In this document: positions 32,384 through 45,862 of the stretch, one piece after another
Layout of the letters: each line of letters opens with the position of its first letter
Position numbering within the stretch: position 1 is the first letter of the stretch
Source: Candidatus Bathyarchaeota archaeon
GTDB lineage: Archaea; Thermoproteota; Bathyarchaeia; Bathyarchaeales; Bathycorpusculaceae
Assembly (NCBI GenBank): GCA_963815095.1
Contig: CAWFFH010000008.1
Location: forward strand, 32,001 to 96,000
Direction of reading: 5' to 3'
DNA length: 64,000 nt
Translations under genes and position numbers: made by a program
Notes under the pieces: generated by a model
The model's database searches: none
What the model was told of the DNA's origin: nothing
What the model saw: only the letters and a program-made list of their open reading frames with translations

Positions 32384-33845
32384 TTTGATATTATCTTAAT
32401 TGTCGGGTTACTTTCTTTCATCTTTTCCTTTATTGTCCTTTTTTTTATTTGGATTTACCTTACTAACGGCAAAGTTTACAGTGGTGATACTTTTTTTCAT
32501 CTACTTATAAGCGAGCACATACGCGAACATGATTGGAAATATCCTTCATCACTAGAAAATGTTAAGTTTATTGAAGGCGAAAAAAGATACAAATACTTGG
32601 CATATCCTCCTCTTCTTCATTATATTACTGCAATATTTCCAGTTAATTCTCATCTAAAATTAACAAAGATTCTTAATCTTATTATCCTCTCAATCTTAAG
32701 CAGTTTGGCGGCAGCATTTCGTATATGATCTTACAACAAATCTTATTCTGGCAATTTTTGCAAGTTTCATAGCAATTTTCAACTTCTCAGTTTTTGAGCT
32801 TGTTACAATGTGGACGCCGCCGAGACCGTTAGGTGTGCTCTTTTATTCGCTTATTGTTCTTGGAGCGATTTTCTCTCCTCAAAGCGTTTTTTCAATAATA
32901 GCAATCACAGTGCTTGTTACGTTAGTCATTCTGACACATAAATTCGCATTGCAAGTTTTAGCATTCGGACTTATTCCATATGCCATATTATTTAACACAC
33001 CTTATCTCCTCTTGTCATTTGCCCTGGGTTTCTTGTTGTCAATAATTGTAAGCAGAGGTACCTACATAGAAATTTTTAAAGAGCACCTCAGTTGGCTCTA
33101 CTTTTACTCTAGAGTTAGGTTTCATTTTGAGAGATGTTTAAGAGAAAGTTAATGAGAATTTTTAATAAAAATTTCTGGTACTTAACAATTGGCACATTAA
33201 TCATAATTCTTCTTTTCCAAAATAATTTAAGTCTCTTGATATAATTCAGGTTTAGATTCACGCATACTTTTCTGGGCATTTGTTCCTATAGTAATTGCTC
33301 TTTTTGTTTCTCTTCCTAGGCTGTCCTTTTTAGGTGAAGAATACAGGTACGTTGAGTACGGTGTGGTTCCAGTTGCAATTCTTGTTTCAATTTTGGTGAC
33401 AAGCGCAAATAACTTTTCTTGGTTGATATTGTTGGTATCTTATTTTTATATGCATCGTCTTGTGTTTTATTATTTTGTTGAAGTACAAAGAATACCTTTG
33501 CAATTCAAGAGCTTTGGTCAATTCAGATGATATAATATCATATCGTTCTTTGGCTTCTTATAGATTAAGCAATTTACTAATATTTCCGCCAACAAGGACT
33601 CTGGAAGTTAGGTATTTTACAAAATTAAATGTTGTTCATCAGGTTCGTAAGGCATCAGGGTTTAAATCTGATTCTGAATACGGAATACCTATTAAGCAAA
33701 GGCAATGTTCAATACGTTTTGAAATTTAAAGGCACTGACCCATTCCAACTATTCATGCGTCTATCAAACATTGTGAAAATGAAAAAAATTTGCAGATTTT
33801 ACGAATTTTGAATTATTCGAATTACTGCCCGAAAATTCTGATTAA
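32384..33845 (+). pseudogene. Polytopic GT-C-like membrane protein, multiply frameshifted (boundaries approximate)
   Basis: Manual reading gives GDTFFHLLI...AYPPLLHYI, then TPRPLG, THKFALQ, GEEYRYVEYG. The D..H/YPP loop after TM1 is typical of GT-C enzymes. Confidence 0.55.
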
Positions 33846-33927
33846 AGTTCTTTTGCATTTTTTAGATTAAACCTTAATTTGATCTATCAACAAAAGTTGG
33901 TAAAATACTATTTAGTCTTTTAGATGG

Positions 33928-34248
33928 TTGTCTTATCACCAAAGAATATTACACGAAAACCAACTAAATTTCATAAAATGGGTCGATATTTTAACTATTT
34001 TCACCCCAAAAGTCTTTTTGTACAAAGAATCTGGCGAAACACCTTTTTCTCTTTGGCGTATTGGTTGGCCGCTTAACTTTGCGCCCGTCATTTTTCCGCC
34101 TTTATTTTTGACGATATTATTGTTCAAATTTCACATCATTTATAACAATTGGAGAGCTAAGTTTGTTATATTCTTGTTAGTCAACGCAGTTTTCGAACGC
34201 TTGCAAATATCGAAGACATGTGCCCGAGGAAAAGTCTTTTTGAATTAA
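33928..34248 (+). pseudogene. Orphan C-terminal remnant of a GT2 paralogous to 31323-32191
   Basis: YHQ...FLYKESGE..WRIGWP...IFPP...FERLQISKTCARGKVFLN* aligns with YHQ...LLYKKSKE..GRIVYP...IFPP...YERLTLWDMCARERVFLI*. No N-terminal domain is visible. Confidence 0.6.
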
Positions 34249-34386
34249 ATTACTGTCGTCTTAGTATTTTTAACTAAACAATAGTTAGTTGTCATTTGCA
34301 GTTTATGAAATCATTCTGTTTTTCGTTTTTGTCTGTAGACGATGTACGTTGAACCTTGGAAAAATTTTTTTGGGGGTTGATTTTGT

Positions 34387-35587
34387 TTGTTAGTTGTTAT
34401 TAGAAACGGGAAAGAGCTTTCACTAAAAACAAATTTCCTTATTAAACTTTATGAATCAAGTTCTTTTACCCAAATACTACTTATTTATAGAAAAGACGCT
34501 GATAAGTATGGTGAAAAATGGGGCGACACCCGAATAGACTTAGGCTCTTCTACTTCAAGTATTTTGGCATATCTGCTCTTAACAATCTTGAAGAACCCTC
34601 GTGATCTGCGTGACGGAATGCTGAGACGTTTATTCGGGAGGCGGACTGCACCTGTGCTTTCTGAAGAAGGATTTTTGTCAGTCCTTTCACAAGTCTTGTA
34701 TTATTATTTTGCGGCTTCATCTCGAACTGATGCGATAGTAAGGTTTTTGAAAAGGGTTGAATCTTCAAAAGTCTTTCTAATAGATGAGTTCTGGAGCATA
34801 AATACGGTAGATTTGAAAAAACTAAAGCATTTGGGTAGAATAGTTTATGTGTCTCAGGATGTCGCTTTCAATCGTTATGGGTTTCGAGACAATTTGATTA
34901 CTAAGGAGTTAATGTATCAGTTTGAGCGGACCGCGATTGATCAAGTGGATGTGGTTATCGCCTGCAGTGAGCGAGACAGACTTAAATATGTAGAAATGGG
35001 TGCCAAAAAATCAGTTTATTATCCTAATATTTATCCCCTTGAGGAATTTGAGGCAAGTGTAAAAGATCAGTTGCCGAGTATCGTTATAGTTTCGCGAGGG
35101 CATGGGGATCAAAAGCTGAAAAATCTCTTGAGGAGATTTTCAAAGCTTTGTCGTTTCTAGTAGGACCATCAAGGTTACGGTTATTGGTGTCAAACCCAAA
35201 AAGGTTTCTAAAAACATTAGATTGCAGCATTATGAGTTCATTCCGATCAAATTGGATTATTTACATGTCCTTAGCAAATCTTGGATTGGAATAAACATAG
35301 GTTTTCATATGGCTGGATCAAATGAAAGAAAATATGACTATGCAATGGCTGGATTAGTAGTTTTCTCGGATACAATGGGTACTCGGGGAGACTTACTTCC
35401 AAACGAGTATACTTATGTTGACAGTCAAGACTTGGCAGCCAAATTAGAGCAACTTTTGCAATTTGGAAAAGATAGAATAGTGGAAATGGGCAAACAAAAT
35501 CGCGATCAAGCTTTATCCTTAGCTAAGAAACAACGTGAAATTCTTTTAAGAACAGTTAATGATTTGGTATTGATAAGAGTTAGTTGA
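34387..35587 (+). pseudogene. Divergent GT-B (GT4-like) glycosyltransferase, frameshifted
   Basis: N-part FERTA..VIACSERD..YYPN. C-part GSNERKYDYAMAGLVV resembles the KxxE/DY motif of GT4 subfamilies. Confidence 0.6.
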
Positions 35588-35660
35588 TTTTGTTGTTGGA
35601 TCCATCGAGGTTAGTTTTGAATATTTGGGTATCTGAGACAGAAATAGAGGGGTATTGTTT

Positions 35661-36833
35661 ATGCGTATATGTCATATTTGGCAAAACTTCATACCAATTG
35701 AGTTTGGAGGAGTAGAGCGTTACATACTGAGCTTGTCAGACTTTCTGTCCAATCAAGATCAAAACATGAATTTTCTCATGATTACTGACAAAGCCGCTTA
35801 CGTTCCTTTTTCCCGCGCGATTCGAACATCCAGCTGTCAAAGAATTAACAGTCTCGAAGTACATCGACTGGGACCTAACCTTTCCAGTTTTCTAAGAAGT
35901 TCGTCTTACAAACTTCTTGGTCGACAGTCAAACCTTTTGGACAAAATGTTGATTGCGAGCCTATTTAGAGAAGCTCCACCATAAAAGGTATTGATAAGGT
36001 AGATGTTTTTCATGTGCATGGATTTTGGCAGCCACTTTATCCTACAATAGGGCTTCTTTTAAGTCAACATTTCCATCGCCCCTTATGATTACTCTTCATG
36101 GTGATTCAGTAAACCCAAACGATCGTTTCGCAATGCCCATAAGAGCTTCAGCAACGCTTGACGTGCTTAGACGAGCTGATGTGATTACAACATATTCAGA
36201 GGAGACTCTCAATGTGTTGAAAGAACTTGATCTGGGTAAAACAAGTCGGTTAATACCTAATTTTGTAAATACGAAATTATTCAAACGTCCAACTTTAATG
36301 GAAACGGTTCAGGAAATCGAATAGTGATGGTGACGAGGTTTAGTAAACCCAAGGATCCAATGACTCCAATTCGAGCTTTTGCTAAAGTTATAAAGGAAAT
36401 ACCTGAGGCAACTTTCACAATTGTGGGGTACGGTCCACTTTATGAAGATGCAAATCGTTTGGTTCAAGATTTGAATCTTGGAAAGTCGATCACAATGATT
36501 GGCATGAAATCAGATGTGAGAAAGTTTTTGTGGAATAGTGATATATCTATTGGAACAAGGGGTAGCTACATAACTACACTAGAAGCTTGGGCAGCTGGTC
36601 TCCCAGTTATTGCTCCAGATTTTGGAATCATGAAGGAAATAATTTCTAACGGTAAAAATGGCTTATTAACTCCCCCTGGCGATGCCGATCAGTTAGCGTC
36701 TGCAATAATAAATCTAATAAGAAACAAAGACCTTCGAGCAATGATCGTAGCAAACGGTATAGAAGCTGTGAAAAAACATGATATTCAAAAAGTTTCATCT
36801 TCCATAGCTGATATTTACAAATCGTTGCTGTAA
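35661..36833 (+). pseudogene. GT4 glycosyltransferase, frameshifted
   Basis: MRICHIW...GGVERY; ITLHG; IPNFV; VGYGPL; TLEAWAAGLPVI across three ORFs. Confidence 0.8.
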
Positions 36834-36898
36834 ACTTGTTCAATAAATAGTTTGTAGGTCTTTTGATTTTGATCATTAAGAAACCCTGATTTTATTTT

Positions 36899-38034
36899 TT
36901 GAACTTGGTGTATAAGCAATCTTTAGAGGCAAAATGTAGGTGGAAAGATAAGTTGCTTATTCAAGAAAATACTCCTCTCGTGTCAGTTATTATTTTAAAT
37001 TTCAACGGAGAAAACTATTTAGAGAAGTGTCTTTTTTCCGTTTTAGAAACAAAATACCCAAATTTTGAAGTAATTTTCGTAGATAATGCATCCACAGATT
37101 CGAGCTTGAAAGTGGTTGAAAAAAACTTTGGAAATGACAAACGACTACGAATTTTCAAAAGCAGCGAAAATCTTGGTTTTAGCGCTGGCAATAATTTTGG
37201 TTTTAGACATGCGAGAGGACACTATATTGTTTTTCTAAACAATGATACAATCGCGGATCCTTATTGGCTTGATGCTTTGGTCAGTACTATGGAAAAAGAT
37301 AAAACAATTGGATTAGCTGGAAGTACAATACTATCAATTGATGGGAAGAAACTTCGAGGAGCTGGCGGGCTTTGGAGCGATTATCTTTTGTTCTTGTGGC
37401 CGGTAGGAGCAGGAAAAGAGGCGATTTTAAGTTTATTCCCACTTTTGAAGTTTCGTTTGCCACAGGTTGCTCATTGATAGCCCGAAAGGAATTTCTCAAT
37501 GAAATAGGATTATTTGATCCAGATATACCTTACAATTATGACGATACTTTGTTATCAGTGAAAACGTGGCTTGCAGGCAAACGAGTTGTATCAGTGTCGG
37601 GTTCAAGAATATGCCACATTGGCGGAGCCACCACAAAGAAATTTTGGAATAGCCAATCAGTGACTTTCTCTCTTCTTAGAGCCAAAATGTGTTTGTTATT
37701 TGATGTATACTTCAATTTCAAGGATTTAATAAAAGCTTTATTTATTCTTTATTTTTCACTTGCGGTTGAATCGGGTTTTTTTGTGATAGCCAAAAATCCT
37801 TCAGAAATACTGGGAAGTATTCGCGCTTCCACTTGGCTATTGAAAAATTTTAAACACGTATGGACGAATCGGCTGAACCATTGGAGCAACCCAAAAATCT
37901 CTCCTGAAATGTTAGTTGCAAAAGTAATTCGAATAAAGCTTCCATTTCCACTTTGCGTTGCACATTCTAAACTAACATATTCATTTTATCGTAATGAATG
38001 CTTGAAATACGAAAAAACTCTTTTTTCCAATTAA
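36899..38034 (+). pseudogene. GT2 glycosyltransferase (WbbL/rhamnosyltransferase-like), one frameshift
   Basis: VSVIILNFNG, VDNASTD, NLGFSAGNN, FLNNDT, then ATGCSL, YDDT, HIGGAT. Confidence 0.85.
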
Positions 38035-38093
38035 CTTGAACTTCAATTATAAATAAAACATACTTAAATGTTGTACTTTAGGAGTGTAAATAT

Positions 38094-39164
38094 CTGCATA
38101 GTTTTTTCTTAACCTTCGATACTGAAGATTTCATAAGTGAAAACTCGGTTTCGAGCCTGCATAATATCTTGGTGCTCTTGAAAAAACATGAATTAATCGG
38201 TTTGTTCTTCATAACTGGAAGCATGGCTGAAAAACTGTCAGACTTTCCAGATACCGTAGAATTACTAAGTGAGCACCAAATTGGTTATCACTCTTCCAGC
38301 CATTCTATTCACCCTACCCTTTTCGAGTTTACCGATGTAGAAAGTTATGAGGAGGCATATCAAACTTCCTTAATTCGAGAGACCGCCCATATCAATCCGT
38401 TAACAGGCGAGATTGAAGGGTCCGGTGGAATTCAAGCGCTCCAAGGCTTTTCCCCAAAAAACAAATAGTTTCATTTCGGGCACCTGGTTACTGCTGGACT
38501 CCGCCCCATCTTGACGCGATGAAAACCTTTGGCATAAAATATGATTTCTCAACAAACATCTCCATCGATCCGATCAGCTATCATGGAATCACGTTTTATC
38601 CCTTCACAATACTAGAAACAAACTGGCAAGGTGGAATCCGTGAGCACTATTTTCTTCAACGATTTACATTGAAGCGCGAGATTTCTGTTTTGACAATTCA
38701 TCCTAGCACAATGGTAAACAAACTCGATTGGGACTTAATTTACTACCATAAACATAACAACTTTAAACTTAATCCTACAAATCTTGCTCAGCCTCCTGCA
38801 AGAAGTCCTGAAGAAATAAAATCTAAATATCGTAGATTCGATTTACTCTTAAGACATCTGGCAACACTTCAGAAGTTTCATCTTTTGAAAGTAACACCTG
38901 AACTTAAAACAACAAATAAAACTCTGCATCCGATCATCAATAGATGTGGAGAAATGTTATAAATTGAGTATTAAATGGGCAGAAGGGTTTGGATACAAGC
39001 CGCATTTTATTTATAATCACTTTATCCGATTTTTCGATAAAGATTCGCAGAATAATGCAACGCCAATTCTTAGTTCACTTAATCATCATTATGAAGCAGA
39101 AATTTTTCAATCCAATTTTAGCTTATTTAGCGTCCCATTCTGTTGTCCTTCATTTTTGGCGTGA
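38094..39164 (+). pseudogene. Polysaccharide deacetylase (NodB/CE4-like), frameshifted
   Basis: Motifs LTFDTEDF (read upstream of the ORF-track start), FFITG, IGYHSSSH, FRAPGY, IHP. Start codon uncertain. Confidence 0.75.
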
Positions 39165-39214
39165 TTCTTTGTTGTTCGATAAAACAATTGTAAACTCACT
39201 TCGTTACAACGCGC

Positions 39215-40365
39215 GTGTCCGTCCAGGAAGTGCGCTTAGCTCAAGACTTGAGAGACTATCTTCGTGACACTTCGCGTAACGGTATTTCGAAATTGATACC
39301 AAAGATGCTCATACAATTAGGGTTTCGAATGTCCTAAAGATTGGAGGTGGGTTTTGGAGTGATGTATTCTCCATATCTCTTACTTATATGGACGGAACAC
39401 CCTCAACACCGTAATCTTGTCTTGAAAACTTATCTCGTGAACATCGATCCTGTGATGAAAGCATATATTCATGATGAAGACCTTAGGAAATGTGTAAGAG
39501 AATTTCAGGCTCTAAAAAGTCTTAAGAGAATTGGTTTTCCTGTCCCAGAAGTATACCTTTGTGAGTGTGATTCCCGTTTTCTTGGTTACCCTTTCGTAAT
39601 AATGCAGAAAGAAGAAGTGACTCAAAAAAGCATCAATGAGATAGTGGATAGCTTTGCCTCAACACTCGCAAATCTTCATAATCTCAAAGTGGCCGACTAG
39701 GAATAGCTGTTCTTAGAACTCCTAAAGACGGATATGCATTTGCGAGACGTTGGCCAATTCATTTCAAGCACTATTTGAATCTTGAAACCAAACATCCCAA
39801 AAGACTTAAAAAAGATTTTAATCTGGCAGTTCAATGGCTTAATTCAAATGTGCCGAACAACTATTGTCCACAATATTGTTTAGCTCACGGGGATTACCAT
39901 CCAGGTAACGTTTGTGTAACCAAGGATTCAAGGATGATTGTATTAGACTGGGACTCAATTGAAATTGGCGACCCAGCTTACGATGTTGGTTATGCTTATC
40001 ACTTTGTTAAATTTTTCAGTAACCCCAAAAATCCAAATTCTGCTCAGAGAACTGCCGAACGATTTGTTTCAGAATACAATAAGAATTTCGAAGGAGACAT
40101 TAGCCAGAGACTTGAATATTACAAAATGGTTGGACTCTTAGGGACATCCATTTACTACAGTTCGGGATTATCAAATCCCGTTTACGCCTACAAATATCAT
40201 CGACGCAAAGTTTTACCTACATTTCCTTTTCTCAGTGGGCTATTCATTCTACTCGGATTTCCATTTATTCGATGGCCCTCTGTTGCTCGGCAATTGGCAT
40301 CTGAAGGGGATCTTCTTTGGTTAAAATATTATGAAAATTATCTTGAAGAAGCGTTAAAACAATAG
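39215..40365 (+). pseudogene. APH/choline-kinase-family phosphotransferase (paralog 1), frameshifted
   Basis: VREFQAL..GFPVPEVYL; HGDYHPGN; LDWD; GDPAYD. N-terminus from GTG at 39215 aligns with paralog 3. Confidence 0.8.
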
Positions 40366-40514
40366 ATTAGTCTGCCAAAATACAATAATTTTCTCAATAC
40401 CCATAATCGAAATTACAAAATCGATTAGGATTAAGTGTATGCGAAAAGGGAATCCGCAAAGGATAAGGGTTTATTTTTCTTGAGCGGAAGAATTGACGCT
40501 AAACTGAAATCTGG

Positions 40515-41666
40515 TTGAAAACCATGAGCCATTATTGCCCCATAAACTTAACTTTGGAGAAAAGAAGTCGCCAAAGAGAACTGTTCATTTCTAAAGCGCT
40601 TGAAAAATATTTTTCTTCAATTCTGTTAAATGGCAAATTAGATTTTTTTCCTGACGGAATCAATTTCGTTAGTGTCTCAGATGTTAGGAGATTAAGCTCG
40701 CGTGCTATTGGTAACGACGTTTATTCATTTGTGTTTACTTATCGCGATTTGAGTCGTGAGCGACAGATTAATCTTATTTTGAAAGCCTATGGCAAGTCTT
40801 TAGATCCAGTTTTGAGGGCATCCTCTAATCGCGAAAATTTTGATAGATGTGTAAAAGAATTTCAAGTGTTGAGAAGTCTTGAAAGTGTTAATTTTCCTGT
40901 TCCAAAAGCATACCTTTGTGAGGATGATTTACAAGTTCTTGGTTATCCTTTCATAATAACGCTAAAAGAAGAATTGAACCAAAATGTCATTGTCGATATG
41001 GATTGTTTTGCCAAAAATCTTTTTCTCCTTCATAGCATAGACGTAGGCACGTTGGGAATTGAAGCCATTAAACCCCCCGGAGACATGTATGCATTTGCAC
41101 GGCAAAATATTTTTTACATTAAAAATTATTTGAATCTTTATCCTATTCATAAAAACAAAGGACTAATGAAAGATTTTGATTTAGCAATTCATTGGCTTGA
41201 GTCGAATGTAACTAAATCTTCTTGCCAAACATACTGTCTTATTCATGGTGATTATCGCGCAGGCTTTAACACATTCTTGACTCGTGGTTCTGGAATGGTT
41301 GTGACAGATTGGGAAGATGCTGCAATAGGGGATCCAGCATATGATGTAGGATCCGCTTATGCTCGTGAGCGAGTAGACTTAGGTAAAGAAACTGCTGATC
41401 GGTTTGTTCAAGAATACTTACGGTATCACGATGGAGATGTTACTGGCAGACTTCTTTTCTATGAACTTATTGCGTATTTGCGTTTGGCCATTACTCACAA
41501 CGCGGTTTTGTCGAATCCTCTAAGAGCCTATGAGATTCGTGGGCCAAAAGCGTTTCTTTCATTTCCATTTTTAAATTTACCCTTTGTCGCTAAAAGGGTG
41601 GGAACTGATTTGGATAAAATTTGGGTTAAAAGTTTCAAAGAATTTGTCAGAGAAAATCTGAAGTGA
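40515..41666 (+). CDS. APH/choline-kinase-family phosphotransferase (paralog 2)
   Basis: KEFQVL..FPVPKAYL; HGDYRAGFN; TDWE; GDPAYD. Intact. Confidence 0.85.
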   Translation: MKTMSHYCPINLTLEKRSRQRELFISKALEKYFSSILLNGKLDFFPDGINFVSVSDVRRLSSRAIGNDVYSFVFTYRDLSRERQINLILKAYGKSLDPVLRASSNRENFDRCVKEFQVLRSLESVNFPVPKAYLCEDDLQVLGYPFIITLKEELNQNVIVDMDCFAKNLFLLHSIDVGTLGIEAIKPPGDMYAFARQNIFYIKNYLNLYPIHKNKGLMKDFDLAIHWLESNVTKSSCQTYCLIHGDYRAGFNTFLTRGSGMVVTDWEDAAIGDPAYDVGSAYARERVDLGKETADRFVQEYLRYHDGDVTGRLLFYELIAYLRLAITHNAVLSNPLRAYEIRGPKAFLSFPFLNLPFVAKRVGTDLDKIWVKSFKEFVRENLK

Positions 41667-41775
41667 TACTTGTCAGCGATCGATTAAATGGCCACAGGTT
41701 CGCCTTGGTAATATTTGAGAAAAGAAGTCCTCATATTCAAATTATTACACCCGAGGTTTACCGATAGCGGACTGG

Positions 41776-42030
41776 CTATGTGATTGGGTCGGCATGGGTT
41801 TTAGTCTTAACGCTTTGGTTATCAGCTTTGACGGAAGATATAAGAACGCGGTTTATCAAAAGATGATTGATCTAAGCTTAAGAGAAGAAGAAGTGCCCTG
41901 TGCAGAGTCTTCTTCTTCTTTTGAACTAAAATTGCCTGCAGACCTCCCAAGCGTCGAAGAAACAATGAAACACCTTAGCGCGACTCTAACGACTCTCAAA
42001 CAGCCGGGATTGTGCATAGGCCAAACGTAA
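41776..42030 (+). pseudogene. Truncated fragment of a small DNA-binding-like protein (...NAVYQKMIDL...LPSVEE...PGL)
   Basis: Resembles, from memory, a Bathyarchaeia family often found near integrases. Both ends are missing. Not verified by search. Confidence 0.35.
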
Positions 42031-42066
42031 GAAGACCTCGCAGATAAAAGGAAACATATCTCTTAA

Positions 42067-43184
42067 ATGGCGGTGATGGCGACGAAACGGCCCTTTGTTT
42101 CTATCATCATAGTGAACTTTAATGGAAAGCGTTTCTTGAAAGAGTGTCTTTCCACTGTCTCGAAACAAACTACCCCAGCTTTGAAGTTATCTTTGTTGAC
42201 AATGCTTCCACTGATAAAAGTGTAGATTTTGTCAGTAGTGAATTCAACGAGAACAAATGTCTTACATTAATCAAGAATGGTGAGAATGTAGGTTTTGGCC
42301 CCGCTAACAATATCGGTTTCAAGCAAGCAAAAGGGGACTACATAGTTTTTCTTAATAACGACACTTCGGTGGAACCTGAATGGTTAGCAACCTTGGTCGA
42401 CGCATTGGAGAAAGATGAAACTATAGGTTTGGCCTCAAGTCTGTTTCTCAATATGGACGGTCAAACTGTCCAAACGGCAGGGATTCTGAAGTGTGACTAC
42501 ATGCTACCTGGATATTGGATTGAAATGAATAGAGATTATTTCAAGGTGGCATTTCCCAAAGTTTTCGAGATATCCTCTGTAATGGGAGCCGCAATGATTG
42601 CTAAACGCAAATTTCTAATGCAAATAGATGTGTTCGATCCAAAATATTTCTATTACTATGACGATGATTATCTTTCTTTCAGAACTTGGTTAGCTGGTAA
42701 GCGCGTTGTTACCGTTTCAGGATCCAGAGTGCGTCACTTCCTGGGCGGCACTAGTGGACATAATGATTTCTTTAAATTTCGTCATGCGTTTATTGGTAGT
42801 GTATCTCTTATTTTCGATGTTTATTGGAACCTATTTGATTTGACTAAAGGTCTATTCATCTTTTTTGTGTATAAGTTTTTTTATGATTCCCTTTTAAAAA
42901 GAAAAATAGTGAGATTCCAGGGAAACATGTCTGGGGTGTTCTGGGTTCTAACGCATCTAAAGTATGTATGGAAAAATCGATTGAAATATTGGAGTAAAGC
43001 AGTAATCGACGAAAGAACGCTTAGATCTAGAATGATAAAAATAACTATTCCTGCCGCTGTTTATCTCATTCCAAGGTTGTTCAGTTCTTATTTTAATGAA
43101 ACTGAAAAGTATAGAAAGAATATTCTTTTGTTAAACCAAAAAGAGCTAAATCGACCTTTAGATATCACGAAGCGGGAAAAATAA
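42067..43184 (+). pseudogene. GT2 glycosyltransferase (paralog of 36899-38034), one N-terminal frameshift
   Basis: MAVMATKRPFVSIIIVNFNG shifts into ETNYPSFEVIFVDNASTD...FLNNDT...TWLAGKRVV. Confidence 0.85.
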
Positions 43185-43419
43185 CACTATTAATTTAGGC
43201 ATCGTTACACGAACTATCGTAGTTATTATCGTATCAATAAATGGTTGCTTTGTCTATCGTTAAAAATTTTTGCAAAATGGAATTTTATTCAATCAGAAAG
43301 TACTGTAGGGAGTAAATAATCTCTAAAACCAAAAAAAATTAGTTTCTTACTATTAACAATAAAGATATTGAACTGATAAAATTATGAAATACACTTTTTT
43401 TTGAAGGAATTACATAGAA

Positions 43420-44612
43420 ATGAAAATTGTCTTTACAGGAGCAATACTGCAGCCTTCTTGGCCAGGAGGTGAACCTGCAATTTCACGGATATTAGACCAT
43501 GCCTTCTCAGCCCAAGGTATTGAAGTATCAAAATTTTTCGTGCCTCGGAATCACCCGCGGAAGTGGAGTTTGAATCCTTTGACCGCACAATCTATTACCA
43601 ATCATGAGGCCATAGGTTTATACAGACGTCAAATCGAGAAAATCCGCCCAGATCTTGTTATGACCTGGTCTGATTACGATCTTTCCGCTTTTTGGGCAAG
43701 TGTGCAATCAAAAACACCAACGATTGCTCAGGCTCAGATTCTTTGGCCTGTTTGTCCATCAAGTTGTCTCTTTAATGAAATTGATGAGTCTCCTTGTGAA
43801 GGCCCAAGCAAGAGTTGTGGTCTTTGTTTGGCAAAGCGAGCGAAAGTGGTTAAAGAAATAGTTCGTGTTCCGTATATTGCATGTCTCCCTTTTACTCAGC
43901 TTTCAATGTTGAGAACTAATAATATTAGGTCCAAACTAAAGCATGCTTCAGCAATCGTTAGTGACAATTTGTTCCTGAAGAAAGTGATGGCGACCTTACA
44001 CTTCGATGTTTCAAAAGTCCAAGTGATATACAACGGAGTGGATTTAACGAGGATCAAACCATCGACCTCGTTTAAGAAACCAAAAACTATTCTATTTCTT
44101 TCTCACCAGACCAATAGGCAAAAAGGTTTTCGTCATTTTGTGCAACTTTCGAAAAATCTGAAACCTGAGTTCCCTGATGTACGATTTCTGTGGGTAGGAC
44201 AAACAGAGGTGCACGGTGATACTTTTGATACTCATGGGTACGTTTGGAATAGGGAAGATTTAGAGGAGGTTTTTAGGTCGAGTTATTTGCTTCTTTTGCC
44301 GTCTTTGTGGCCTGAGCCGATGAGTTACTCAGTTATACAGGCTATGGCTCATGGAAAACCAGTAGTAGCATATGATGTAGGAGCCAATAGCGAAGGTATA
44401 ATCCATGGTGAGACTGGTTTGCTCGCGGAATGGGGAAACATAAGGAGCTTTCATCAAACGTGGCCAAGCTTTTAAGTGATGAAAAGCTTGCTGCTAAGAT
44501 GGGGCAAAACGCTATTAGGCGAGCCCAAGAAATGTTTAGCTTAGATCGGATGATAAATAATTATAAAACTCTCATCAAGAAAGTTTTGCCCGACCAGAAA
44601 ACAGCCGGATAA
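43420..44612 (+). pseudogene. GT4 glycosyltransferase with Cys-rich insert, C-terminal frameshift
   Basis: WPGGE, CPSSCL...C...CGLC, YNGVD, PSLWPEP..QAMAHGKPVV. The tail lies in 44430-44612. Confidence 0.85.
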
Positions 44613-44948
44613 TGGGTACAAAATTCATTTAGTCACAAACAGAATGCAAGTAAGTTACTGTAATTGAAAAACAAAATATTAACAATCTGCAAATTTGTGG
44701 ATGAAAGGATTATGTATTTAGAAGAGATTTAAAAGTCCCTCTTCTTATATAGAATAAGATCTCTGTAATTATTGCTAAGCAACAATTCGGAAATATTTAT
44801 TTTTATAACAATTCCATCATCTATGAGAGCTATCGATTTAACCGAGACTTTGTAAAAGAAAAATTCAGAAAGATTTTCGACATATTATACTGATGGAAGA
44901 AAGATTAAAATAAGTACCTATAGGATAAAGTCAGGAGAATCCGAAATA

Positions 44949-45862
44949 ATGTACACCAAAGAACAGATTCAGAAAGAACTAGATGAACTTAAACTTAAAT
45001 ACGGCGAATGGAACTTTGACATTCCTCTTCCTTTTGACATCTGGACTAAAGGAAATCAAGGCGTACCGCAGACAAGACTTAGGAAAATAGTGCAAATTGT
45101 TAACGATCTGTCTCAGAAGCCAATTTCTAAATGCCGCATCCTAGATTTTAGGATGCTCGGATGGGATGTTCTCCATCGAATTCGCATTACATGGGGCAGA
45201 CACTGTTGGTGTAGAAGCAAGAGAAGCCAATATTAAAAAAGCTATATTCAGCAAAGAAGTTCTAAACCTGAAAAACTTGGAGTTTCGACAGGACGATATT
45301 AGAAAAATAAATGTTGCGTCTTATGGGAAATTTGATGCAATTATTTGTAGTGGCGTTTTCTATCATTTGCCCGCTATTGACGCAATCAATCTTATCAAAA
45401 CTATGTATGAAATGGTAAATAGACTTATAGTACTTGATGTTCGCGTAGCTCTCGAACCAATCGAGAAGGTAATGCATAACAAAGATGAATACTGGGGCAC
45501 CATATTCCGGGAACACCCTGAAAATGCCACCACAGGAGAAAGAGAAACGTCTCTTTTACTCAATAGATAATATGACTAGTTTCTGGTTCACACGACCATC
45601 CTTAATCAACTTACTCAGCAAAGTAGGTTTTTCTTCAATTTACGAATGCTTTACCCCCGCACACATGAATTTCGGAAAACCCGGAATTCATCATCCGGAC
45701 CATCTTACTTTCGTTGCATTAAAGGGCGAAATCTGTGAACTCAAAACTTCTCCAGATGTCAATAGTCTTCGAGAGAATTTTCCAGAGGGTAGTCTCACTT
45801 ATGCTCCTGAAAAGCCAGGGTCTTTGTACAAAAGAGCAATATCTAAACTCAAAGAAAGATAG
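44949..45862 (+). pseudogene. Class I SAM methyltransferase (CmoB/WbdD-N-like), frameshifted
   Basis: Joined reading ILDLGCSDGMFSIEFALHGA..GVEAR...FDAIICSGVFYHL. Confidence 0.8.
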
